64,000 bases of DNA, taken from positions 149,862-213,861 of the forward strand of contig JAKALS010000002.1 in the NCBI GenBank assembly GCA_021813145.1, given 5' to 3'. Below the pieces are notes generated by a model, which was given only the letters and a program-made list of their open reading frames with translations, did not search any database and had not been told where the DNA came from. Shown in pieces: positions 1 through 8,786 of this stretch (within the stretch, counting starts at the first letter, position 1; every line of letters begins with the position of its first letter). The DNA is from a bacterium. GTDB lineage: Bacteria; Patescibacteriota; Microgenomatia; Levybacterales; UBA12049. A program made the translations under genes and the position numbers.

Positions 1-300
1 TTTTATTTCCGTATCGGAATTTAAAAACAAAACAAACTTTCCCGAAGCTTTTTTTACGGCCCTGTTATTCCCCTTCGAAAATCCCAAATTATCTTTATTC
101 TCCAGCAATCTGAAATTGGGAATTTGTAATTTGGGGTTTGAGATTGCAGCTACGCTTTCGTCGGTTGATGCGTTATCGGCCACAATTATTTCCATCTCTC
201 CTTTTTTCAATTCGTTTTCATAATTAGACGATATGGAGTTTATGCAGGAAAGGGTCAGCTCTTTTGTATTGAAGTTTAAGATTACGATGGAAAGCTTCAT
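1..300 (-). CDS. Glycosyltransferase family 2 (5' part only, runs off window)
   Basis: Manual translation from ATG at 300: MKLSIVILNFNTKELTLSCINS...IIVADNASTDES...NKDNLGFSKGNNRAVKKASGKFVLFLNSD, classic GT2 N-terminus. Confidence 0.9.
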   Translation of the reverse strand, partial: MKLSIVILNFNTKELTLSCINSISSNYENELKKGEMEIIVADNASTDESVAAISNPKLQIPNFRLLENKDNLGFSKGNNRAVKKASGKFVLFLNSDTEIK

Positions 301-352
301 ATCATTATAAAGTTAACGAATTCTTTAATTTTTGATTTATGACCCAATAGTC

Positions 353-904
353 TTAGCGAAACCATGCTGCACGTCCCAGTCTGTAGTTGAGGTTTCTGTT
401 TTGCCTTTCTCCGATTTCTCTTGCCGGTACTCCGCCCACCACCTTAAATTCTTCTACATCTTTTGTTACAACTGCTCCGGCTCCTATAACCGCACCCTTA
501 TGTAGGGTAACTCCCGGCAAAATTATTGCCCTCGGGCCTATAAATACATAATCTTCGATTATCACCGGAGCAAAAACCGCCCTAAAGGTTTCACTTGCTA
601 TATCATGTTCCCCGTTATAAATCATTACTTCCGAAGCGATATCAACGTGGCTTCCTATGGATAATTTATCCCTTCCGTCTAAAACTGCTTTTTCTCCGAT
701 AATGGTATCTTCTCCTATTTTTATGTTTCTAGGAAAATAAAAGGTTGCTCCCGTATGGATAGTTGAGCCGCTTCCGATTTTAATCCCCCAAAACCTGTAA
801 ACAAATCTTCTAAGATAATGCGAAGGAATTTTACCCGTCAGCGCCAGCTTAAAGCAGACTAATTCCCAAAAAACAGTTTTTAATCTCCTGATAACTTTAT
901 TCAT
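353..904 (-). CDS. Hexapeptide-repeat (LbH) sugar O-acyltransferase, WcaF/Maa-like
   Basis: IKIG/VIIEDYVFIGPRAIILPGV repeats and GAGAVVTKDV..GGVPA motif. Confidence 0.88.
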   Translation of the reverse strand: MNKVIRRLKTVFWELVCFKLALTGKIPSHYLRRFVYRFWGIKIGSGSTIHTGATFYFPRNIKIGEDTIIGEKAVLDGRDKLSIGSHVDIASEVMIYNGEHDIASETFRAVFAPVIIEDYVFIGPRAIILPGVTLHKGAVIGAGAVVTKDVEEFKVVGGVPAREIGERQNRNLNYRLGRAAWFR

Positions 905-922
905 ATTTTTATTAAAAATTGG

Positions 923-2062
923 TTAATGCCTTGCAACGCTTTCCAGGATTTGCAAAGTCCTATCCGCCGCCTTTTCCCAGGAAAATTTCTTTACCTGTTC
1001 GTACCCCTTTTTTATTAGCTTATCTCGCAACTCCTCGTTCTGAATTATAGATTCCAAGCTCTTCGCAATATCGTCAGGATCATTAGGGTCAAAATATACC
1101 GCCGCATCTCCCCCCGCCTCGGGAAGACTTGAGACGTTACTTGTTGCCACCGGACATCCGTATTGCATAGCCTCAAGGACCGGCAGGCCGAATCCTTCAT
1201 ACAAACTTGGAAGACAAAAGCACACCGCATTTTTATATAAAGAAGGAAGGTCTTCGTCTGTTACGTTATCGAGGAATTTTACCCGGTTTTCAACCCCGTA
1301 TTTTTTCGGCGCATTAAGTATTTCTTCATATTGCCAGCCTTTCTTTCCCACAACCACTAATTCCAATTCTTTATTTTTTGCTCCATATTTTAATAATGAA
1401 AAGGCTTGAATAAGCTTTGCAATGTTTTTTCTCGGCTGAAGTGTTCCCACAAAGAGGATATATGGCGATGAAATTCCGAATTTTTTATTAAGTTCATCCA
1501 TGTTCTGATTTTTGAATTCCGGACCTTTGATTCCCGGGTAAACGACTTCTATTTTCCCCGCCGGGACTTTATACATTTTGATTATATCATTCTTGCTTGA
1601 ATTGCTGATAGTAATTATTTTTTTTGCCTTTCTTATGGAAAACCCTCCCCATGTTTTTAATTGGTATAAGTCTTTTTTCCTAAATAACTTTGGGAAGAAC
1701 AAATAAGAAACGTCAAGAATTGCAATAACAGAAGGCGCTTTTGTATACAGGGGAAGGTAATGCGTAGGAGAAAAGAAGACATCCAGATCGTAATTCATAA
1801 GCTTTTTTGACAACCCGAGCATTGTCCAGAGCTTTTTTGAGGAAAAAACTTCGTATTTCCAGTTCTCCCTCTCCTTGGGCATGTCAAAAGAAGGAGGAAC
1901 CGGAAGGAATAGAGAATATTCATTTCTATCGTCTCTTTTTGCCAATTCGCTAAGGATTCTGTAACCGAATTCGCTGCTTCCGACCCTATTGGGAAGTCCG
2001 GTTTCTTTATTAAAACCGAATCTGGGGACCACTGCTTCGTAACCGTTAATACCAATTTTCAT
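923..2062 (-). CDS. Glycosyltransferase family 4 (GT-B)
   Basis: FVGTLQPRKN and PSLYEGFGLPVLEAM motifs, C-terminal FSW. Confidence 0.93.
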   Translation of the reverse strand: MKIGINGYEAVVPRFGFNKETGLPNRVGSSEFGYRILSELAKRDDRNEYSLFLPVPPSFDMPKERENWKYEVFSSKKLWTMLGLSKKLMNYDLDVFFSPTHYLPLYTKAPSVIAILDVSYLFFPKLFRKKDLYQLKTWGGFSIRKAKKIITISNSSKNDIIKMYKVPAGKIEVVYPGIKGPEFKNQNMDELNKKFGISSPYILFVGTLQPRKNIAKLIQAFSLLKYGAKNKELELVVVGKKGWQYEEILNAPKKYGVENRVKFLDNVTDEDLPSLYKNAVCFCLPSLYEGFGLPVLEAMQYGCPVATSNVSSLPEAGGDAAVYFDPNDPDDIAKSLESIIQNEELRDKLIKKGYEQVKKFSWEKAADRTLQILESVARH

Positions 2063-2631
2063 ATTCCTGGGTATACCACCTCCAGCCTGTCTTTTTCTAT
2101 TCCCAAAATTTCATTTGCGTCTTCTAAGGTTGCCTTAGATATACAAAAAATTTTGTCCGTTTCTTTTTTAACCCAATTTAATTTTCTTTTTTGTGAAGCC
2201 ACAATATTTGGCGAAATCAAAAGCTTAAAAGGGTTAAATTCTGTTTTTTTATGGGTTTCCTCAGGATATTTATAAACTATCAAATCATAAAGTATTGTCA
2301 CTTTTTTAGCTTTCTTTGCGGGCGGCTCCGTCCAGTCGGAGGTGATAAATACATCTATGTCTCCTATGAAATTTTCAACGGGTAAGATATGAAGCCTGTT
2401 CCAAAGAAAATCCAAAAATGTAGGGGGCAGACGAAACTCTTTAATTTTTACATTACTGCCGTTTTTAATTTTCAGATTTTGTCTATCAAGTTTATTCCTA
2501 AGAGATGAATAAAATAAGACAAACTCATCTTCATTATTTTTTTCTATTAAAGCCTTCACGAGGTTTAGAAGATAATTTGATACACCGGTATTTGGATAGG
2601 CCAGCTGAGAAATGTCTATTCCAATCTTCAT
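2059..2631 (-). CDS. GT4 N-terminal domain-only protein (no donor-binding C-domain)
   Basis: MKIGID..TGVSNY..TILYDL..IS..T..D..VVYPGI then stop; 4-bp overlap with downstream full GT4. Confidence 0.7.
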   Translation of the reverse strand: MKIGIDISQLAYPNTGVSNYLLNLVKALIEKNNEDEFVLFYSSLRNKLDRQNLKIKNGSNVKIKEFRLPPTFLDFLWNRLHILPVENFIGDIDVFITSDWTEPPAKKAKKVTILYDLIVYKYPEETHKKTEFNPFKLLISPNIVASQKRKLNWVKKETDKIFCISKATLEDANEILGIEKDRLEVVYPGI

Positions 2632-2648
2632 ATCTTACTAAATATTGT

Positions 2649-3587
2649 TTATGAACTTGCATAACGAAGTTCATCTCGGTTTACAACTTCCCCGTTATTC
2701 TTTTCGGAGATATGCAATATCAAATCCGCCAAAAACCCCGTAAAAAACAATTGAAGCCCGGCAATAACCAAAAGTATTCCGAATGTCAAAAGAGGCCTGT
2801 CTCCAATAGTCTTTCCCTGAAAATGTAAAATTGTCAAATATATAAGGACAAAAAAACCTATCAAAGATGTTATTCCGCCTACGGCTCCGAAGAAATGAAG
2901 CGGCCTTTTTGCATAACGGGATAGAAAAAGAATGGTAAACATGTCGGGAACATCCCTGAAGATTTTTGAGAATCCGTACTTTGATTTTCCGTAAAGTCTC
3001 TTCTCGTGGGCTACCGGAATTTCGGTAACTTCAAATCCTCTTTCGGCCGCAAGAAGAGGAATAAATCTGTGCATTCCTCCGTAAAGGTTCAGGCTTTTTG
3101 CAGTTTCCTTTGTATAGAGTTTCAATCCGCAGTTGTAATCGTGAAGATGAACTCCCCAGAAAGAGCTCATCACAAAGTTGAATAATTTTGAAGACAGCCT
3201 TGTTTTTAAAGCGTCCTTTCTGTCTTTTCTCCAGCCCGAAACAAGGTCAAACCCTTCTTTGGATTTATCAAGAAGTTTTTTAATTTCCTCGGGCCTGTCC
3301 TGAAGATCCGCATCAAGGGTTACTACATAATCCCCTTTTGCCATTTTAAAACCGAGTGTTAAGGCTTCCGCCTTACCATGATTTTTCCTGAAGGAATAAA
3401 TCCTAATATGCTTGTCTTTAGCCTCAAGTTTCTTCAGAATATTGAATGAGGAATCTGTTGAGCCGTCGTCCACAAAAACAACTTCGTAGTCCTTATCCAA
3501 CTTAAAAAGGTTAGAGGCTAAAACAGGATAGAATTTTTCAAGGCTTTCCTCCTCGTTATATACGGGAACAACCGCGCTTATTAGCAT
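2649..3587 (-). CDS. GT2 polyprenol-phosphate glycosyltransferase (ArnC/GtrB-like) with two C-terminal TM helices
   Basis: VVPVYNEE, VDDGSTD, DADLQD, DYNCGLKLY, MHRFIP motifs. Confidence 0.9.
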   Translation of the reverse strand: MLISAVVPVYNEEESLEKFYPVLASNLFKLDKDYEVVFVDDGSTDSSFNILKKLEAKDKHIRIYSFRKNHGKAEALTLGFKMAKGDYVVTLDADLQDRPEEIKKLLDKSKEGFDLVSGWRKDRKDALKTRLSSKLFNFVMSSFWGVHLHDYNCGLKLYTKETAKSLNLYGGMHRFIPLLAAERGFEVTEIPVAHEKRLYGKSKYGFSKIFRDVPDMFTILFLSRYAKRPLHFFGAVGGITSLIGFFVLIYLTILHFQGKTIGDRPLLTFGILLVIAGLQLFFTGFLADLILHISEKNNGEVVNRDELRYASS

Positions 3588-3654
3588 AATTTATTTTTAC
3601 AATATAAGTATTAGCTTAGATTTAGCTTAATACTTGAATAATCTAACTAATGCA

Positions 3655-3663
3655 ATTTTACCA
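3655..3663 (-). promoter_or_regulatory. Extended -10 promoter (TG-G-TAAAAT) for the GT2 starting at 3587
   Basis: Minus strand TGGTAAAAT ~70 nt upstream of ATG; similar TGGTAAATT upstream of the 8787..11075 gene. Confidence 0.45.
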
Positions 3664-3856
3664 TTTCCTCTTCCTATAGTCTAATTGCGGAACGAGGCTT
3701 AATAAATTATAAAAACGGTTTTAAAAGGCAAAACCTAACTTAAGAAGCCTACAACCTAAACTTCCCTCTTATTTTTATCCTGCCTGCTAGGACAAATGCC
3801 AAAGCTAATCTTGGACAAAATTCGTGCGTAAATTCCATTTTATATTTCCTCTCTTT

Positions 3857-3879
3857 TCTATATAAATATATTATATAGA
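3857..3879. repeat. Perfect 9-bp inverted repeat upstream of the replication-relaxation gene
   Basis: TCTATATAA-atata-TTATATAGA, flanked by pyrimidine-rich and purine-rich arms. Confidence 0.6.
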
Positions 3880-4018
3880 GGAAGGACGAATAAGCGAACA
3901 GAAAATAAGTCTTATGTTATAATTCCAGAAAATATCCTTAAATTAACCTGCCTCCATAAAACAACAAACTGCCGTTAAACTTTCTGCCTTTTAAAATTTC
4001 CAAGTATCAGTAATTAAG

Positions 4019-4876
4019 ATGTATTACAAAAACTTACCGGAGGTGACAAAGAAACAAGAAGAAATAATAAACTTTATCTTTAAGTTCAGGTTCGCGAATA
4101 GAATTCAGGTCCAAAAAGAGCTTAATCATAAAGATGCAAGACGAATTAATGCCTGGCTTAAGGACCTTGTTGACAAGAAATACCTGGGCAGGATTTACTC
4201 CCATAAGCTTTTGGAAAATACCAAACCTGCAATTTATTACCTCGAGAACAACGGAATAATTTATGTAAAAAGAGAAAAGGGGTTCCAATACAAAAGCCCC
4301 AACGATGAGTTAGAAACAAAACAAGTAAAAAAATTCTACGATGACAAAAAAGCTTCAAAAACTTTTATTGAACACTGCATTTGTGTTTGTAATGTCTATC
4401 TTGAAATAAAAAAAATTGAAAAAAATAGAAAGAATATTTCATATGATTTTCTGACAAAAACAGAAATATGGATACAAAAACAAATGGAGGAAAATTTTTG
4501 GGAAAGAAAAGTTTACATTCCCGATCTTTACATTGAAGCTGTTCAGCAAACAAAAATAAAAATTCAAATAGACCCTTTTTTTCTTGAAGTATTTGACCCT
4601 CAAGTCCCAAGATATGCAATAAGATATAAGATTAAAAAATACATACAATTTATCGAAGAAGAAATTTGGAAAAATGATTCTCTCATTGAGGATGATACCC
4701 CCTACTTTCTTCTGGTTATTTCGGATCAGAGGAAGCTCAGAAGTATTAAAAAATTTATCGAGAAAGAACTTGCTTACAGTCCTAGGGAAAATATTTTTTT
4801 TGCGCTTACTACAATTGATAAAGCAATAACTATTTCAACGGTAAAAAACCCTTGGGAAGAAATCAATAATGATTAA
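4019..4876 (+). CDS. Replication-relaxation family protein (wHTH plus PD-(D/E)xK-like relaxase fold)
   Basis: N-terminal wHTH (FRFANRIQVQKEL..INAWLKDLVDKKYL..PAIYYL), FIEH, then IPDLY..FFLEVFD..KIKKY; layout recalled for Replic_Relax proteins. Confidence 0.72.
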   Translation: MYYKNLPEVTKKQEEIINFIFKFRFANRIQVQKELNHKDARRINAWLKDLVDKKYLGRIYSHKLLENTKPAIYYLENNGIIYVKREKGFQYKSPNDELETKQVKKFYDDKKASKTFIEHCICVCNVYLEIKKIEKNRKNISYDFLTKTEIWIQKQMEENFWERKVYIPDLYIEAVQQTKIKIQIDPFFLEVFDPQVPRYAIRYKIKKYIQFIEEEIWKNDSLIEDDTPYFLLVISDQRKLRSIKKFIEKELAYSPRENIFFALTTIDKAITISTVKNPWEEINND

Positions 4877-4908
4877 GGTAATTTAAATAATTTGACAATC
4901 AGTAAATT

Positions 4909-5964
4909 CTAGGAAAGAAGGCTTTTAAATTTTGTGCTTAAGAAAAAATATTTTTTTGAAAGATAACTGCCAAAAATTTTTTGTAAAAATTTATCATAAG
5001 TTAGAAGATTTCCTGGTTTTTTTCTATATTCTATTGCCGCTTGAAAAGTACCTATAACCAAAAAGAAATAAGTCCACATCGAAGAATTCTCTGCAATAAG
5101 ATTTAAATTAAAAATTAACAAGAAGGGAACAAGAATTAAAAAGGCTAATGCCAATAAAAATGAAACAGAACTTTCCAAACGGTAAAAAATAACAAGAAAA
5201 ATCCACAAAATTATTAAAGTTAATTCAACATCCCTGTTAATCTGTTGCATAAAAAATACAAAGGTTAATACTCCTAATAAAAATACTTCCACTAATATAT
5301 AATTTTGCGAAACTAGTAAGCTTTTTCTGAAAAATAACCAAACTAAATATAAAATTAATGGCAAAAGATAAATACTTGAAGAAACAGCAAAATTAATATC
5401 TGAAAAAGAATAAAAGATTTTTTTGATCAAAAATATAGGAATCCTTGTTTTGTTAGCCAATAGTTCGGACTTAGTAAACTGAAATTCTGTTACAAATGTA
5501 GGACTTAAAGAGCTTAATGCTATTGCATTACCAGGCTTTCCCTTTTGAGACTGAATTTCAAAAGTATAGTTTTTATTTTTAGAATTAGTTATTATCGGGA
5601 ACCCAAACGTAAAAAGTTCATTCGGTTGAAACTGATCAACCTTATAGGAATGTACATAATACCAATTTTTAGATGGGTTTTCCTTTATTCTAAATGTAAC
5701 AATATCCTGACTGATATTATCAAAATTAAAAAATCTTACCCCTACAATACCTAAATTATTTTCTTTCGACTTAAAGCTGCCAATAATTTTTTGCCCTTTT
5801 AAAAGTTCATTTGTATTAAAATTTTTTATATTAGATTGACCATAACCGTTTACAAAAACACTCAAGCTATAATTTGAGGCAAAAAATAAAGACATAAAAA
5901 GCCAAAACCCAACTAACAATAGAGGAATTAAAAACAAAGAAGTAGTCTTCTTTAAGCTATTCAT
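4909..5964 (-). CDS. Membrane protein: N-terminal TM, extracytoplasmic beta-rich domain, several C-terminal TMs
   Basis: 351-aa ORF; hydrophobic N-terminus, soluble segment (NNLGIVGVRF..FTFGFPII..YTFEI), hydrophobic C-terminal half. Confidence 0.7.
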   Translation of the reverse strand: MNSLKKTTSLFLIPLLLVGFWLFMSLFFASNYSLSVFVNGYGQSNIKNFNTNELLKGQKIIGSFKSKENNLGIVGVRFFNFDNISQDIVTFRIKENPSKNWYYVHSYKVDQFQPNELFTFGFPIITNSKNKNYTFEIQSQKGKPGNAIALSSLSPTFVTEFQFTKSELLANKTRIPIFLIKKIFYSFSDINFAVSSSIYLLPLILYLVWLFFRKSLLVSQNYILVEVFLLGVLTFVFFMQQINRDVELTLIILWIFLVIFYRLESSVSFLLALAFLILVPFLLIFNLNLIAENSSMWTYFFLVIGTFQAAIEYRKKPGNLLTYDKFLQKIFGSYLSKKYFFLSTKFKSLLS

Positions 5965-5982
5965 TTTTATTTATTATATCAG

Positions 5983-8244
5983 TTAATTGTATTTTCTTAA
6001 CCGTGAATTAATTTCTTGTAAAAGAGATGCCGCTATTAATAAAATAAAGAAAACCCCGGCAATTAATATTGCATAAGAATAATATATTTGTTTTTCATAA
6101 ACAATGACAATATAAATATCTTTGTTTTTCTTAAGATTATCTGGAATGTTGTTTGGATTAATTACCCATCCGTTACCAATGAAATTTCCCTCAAAATGAG
6201 TATTTATTGCAACAGGATTTCTGGATAAGAATTTAATATCACTTAAATTTATAATCGGGTCATTATATTGACATCTATTATTGTTAGTAATACTGAATTT
6301 TGCCCATTTGTCTTTACAGCTTGCCTGATTAAATTCACTTTCGTTACTGAAATATAATTTCCAATTAGTGTTAAATGATTGATTCATCTGAATTAGAAAA
6401 GGTTTATTAAAATCCACATCGGCAATTTTTACATAATATTTTGTAGAATTAAGAGGATCCGATTTGTACGAAATATTTGCGCTTTGATAATTCTTATTCA
6501 AGTTAATTTGATTGTTATCTACTACAACCGGTCTATCGTAAATATTTAAAGAGTTGTCAAAAATATCATTTAAATTTAACTTTCTGACAACCGTTTTTGG
6601 TGAATAAATATAAAAGTCATAGTCATTTTTGTTTTTAAAATAATAAAAATTGAAATTTGGATTTGGATTCAAGCTTAACAAGCTATTTTCGCTCAAAGCT
6701 ATATTCTCTTCTTTTATTTGTCGTATGTCCTCATTGTTTGTTAAAGGTCCCGGTCCTTTTGTTTTAACAATATCATTTGCAACAATAATATCTTTAAGGT
6801 TATGCGTTACCCTTAAATTATTTAAACTCGTTTTGTTATTTAGTAAAACCGATAAAAGATAATCTTTACCCGACAACAATCTTGGATTTGCAAAGGAAAT
6901 TGGCGAATAATGTAATCCAAAGTTTATACACATAGTAGGAACATCTGCTTTTTGCATGTATTCTGCTCTCCAACACGTTCCCGGAATATACTGTGTTGCT
7001 TCCGGAATTCCATAAAAAGGTTTAACGAAGTAATCAAGATATGGTTTTGGAATATCCGAAATTTTGTACTTTCTAAATTCAAATTGATTAAAATTAAGGA
7101 ACGGAATAATTGAAATTACAATTATAAAAACGGAAATAATGTAAATAAGTCTTTTACTTTCTCCAAAAACCAAACCTATTATTATGGGCAAAGAAAAGCT
7201 ACTTATAAAAAATGCCCAGTAGGGTCCATTAACAATTAAGGGAAAAAACGTTATTAATTTATTAAAAATAAAATTATTAAATATATTATTCAATCCATAT
7301 AGGGTAATTCCTGTTAAAAATATAAATAAGTTTAAAATTAACAGAGATGAAAATTTTTTATTCCTGACTAAACCAACAAAAATGATAATGAAAGTAATTA
7401 CTCCTAAAATAAAAAAATAATTATTTTCATAAGGAGTTACATTAAACGAATAAAAATAATTAAATGAATTTATAAAATTCACAAACTGTGAATGATTTGC
7501 AAATACTGTTGCGTAATTAAAAGCCGTATTACTTTTTTCAAGCAGTTGAGCGGCTAATGAAAATATAGATGGCAAAAATAGCAGGATATAAGCCAGAACA
7601 AAATAGAAGATTTTTTTAAGTGAAAGATTAATCTCCTTTTTAAGTAAAAAATAAATTCCATAGAATAAAATTATAATAAACCCAATTTCAATATATCTTA
7701 TATAAGACAAAATTAAATAACTCCCAATAATATTTAACAAAAGATAAATAAATCTAGTTTTGTCGTCTTTGGAGAAATATTTATAAAAAGAATAAAGAAA
7801 AAGAGGAATACCGGCAAATAATACAGTATACCCCTCTGCGCTAATAATTAATGGACTAAAAGTAAATAACAAAGATAAGACATATCTTATATTTTTATTT
7901 TCAAGGAGTATTCCTGAAAAAAAATAAAAGCTAAAAAAACTTACAACTAGCCCGATAATCGTAAACAAGGCTTGCGATAAAGATGATCCAAACAATATGA
8001 ATAATATAAATGATAAAAGTACAGAAATTATTCTTGTCGAACCAAATAGCCCAACGTCATATCCTAAATAGTATCCGTTATTCAATAATGGTAGTAGTTG
8101 CAAAGATAAACCACTCCATAATTCTTGATAATTTTTATACCAATAGGAGGTGTCTTGGAAAAACCATGAGCCTGGGCGTAGTAGGAAGAAATTTGAAACA
8201 AATATTATAAATAAAAAAAAACTGACCTTTATCAAATTTTTCAT
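5983..8244 (-). CDS. Large polytopic membrane protein, putative GT-C glycosyltransferase (AftD/YfhO-like)
   Basis: ~11 TM N-terminal half with Asp after TM1 (FFQDT), large soluble domain, SFNTNWKLY..H..N..NGW motif, C-terminal TM. Confidence 0.6.
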   Translation of the reverse strand: MKNLIKVSFFLFIIFVSNFFLLRPGSWFFQDTSYWYKNYQELWSGLSLQLLPLLNNGYYLGYDVGLFGSTRIISVLLSFILFILFGSSLSQALFTIIGLVVSFFSFYFFSGILLENKNIRYVLSLLFTFSPLIISAEGYTVLFAGIPLFLYSFYKYFSKDDKTRFIYLLLNIIGSYLILSYIRYIEIGFIIILFYGIYFLLKKEINLSLKKIFYFVLAYILLFLPSIFSLAAQLLEKSNTAFNYATVFANHSQFVNFINSFNYFYSFNVTPYENNYFFILGVITFIIIFVGLVRNKKFSSLLILNLFIFLTGITLYGLNNIFNNFIFNKLITFFPLIVNGPYWAFFISSFSLPIIIGLVFGESKRLIYIISVFIIVISIIPFLNFNQFEFRKYKISDIPKPYLDYFVKPFYGIPEATQYIPGTCWRAEYMQKADVPTMCINFGLHYSPISFANPRLLSGKDYLLSVLLNNKTSLNNLRVTHNLKDIIVANDIVKTKGPGPLTNNEDIRQIKEENIALSENSLLSLNPNPNFNFYYFKNKNDYDFYIYSPKTVVRKLNLNDIFDNSLNIYDRPVVVDNNQINLNKNYQSANISYKSDPLNSTKYYVKIADVDFNKPFLIQMNQSFNTNWKLYFSNESEFNQASCKDKWAKFSITNNNRCQYNDPIINLSDIKFLSRNPVAINTHFEGNFIGNGWVINPNNIPDNLKKNKDIYIVIVYEKQIYYSYAILIAGVFFILLIAASLLQEINSRLRKYN

Positions 8245-8263
8245 AAATTCTTTTTGAAAGGAA

Positions 8264-8785
8264 TTACACCCTTAAAGCTATTTTCCTTTTAGCCTCAGGA
8301 AACCTATATTTAATAAATTTTGCAGGTACCCCGCCCACAATACTAAATGCTTCAATATCTTTTGTTACAACAGCATTAGCACCAACTATCGCCCCTTTAT
8401 GTATTGTTACATTTGGCAAAACAGTCACATTTGCTCCAATCCAGACGTCATCCTCAATTGCAATTGGTCCGATTTCAATTCCCTGTAATGCAATTGGTTT
8501 TTTATAATCTGAAAATGCATGATTAACTGACATAATGTTACAATTCTGTCCTATTAAAACATATCTACCAATAGTTACTCCCCCTTGTCCATATATATCG
8601 GAGTTATGATTTATATAAGTATGATCTCCTATTACAACTTTTTTAGGATCAAGTATTCTAACTCCATGCATAAGCCTTACATCTTTTCCCATCTTATAAA
8701 CAAATAACCTCCAAAATAGAGCCCTAATAATTGCTCGTTTTAGAATTATAAAATTTGCAATTGATCTAATTTTTTCAACTAACAT
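8264..8785 (-). CDS. Hexapeptide-repeat sugar O-acyltransferase
   Basis: IEDDVWIGANVTVLPNV, GANAVVTKDI..GGVPAK. Confidence 0.9.
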   Translation of the reverse strand: MLVEKIRSIANFIILKRAIIRALFWRLFVYKMGKDVRLMHGVRILDPKKVVIGDHTYINHNSDIYGQGGVTIGRYVLIGQNCNIMSVNHAFSDYKKPIALQGIEIGPIAIEDDVWIGANVTVLPNVTIHKGAIVGANAVVTKDIEAFSIVGGVPAKFIKYRFPEAKRKIALRV

Positions 8786-8786
8786 A

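Noticed and set aside
1360-1530. Possible heptamer arrays in the 923..2062 GT4 (LKYGAKNKELEL; GIKGPEFKNQN)
   Set aside because: Periodicity is too degenerate or slips register, so they were not counted as evidence.
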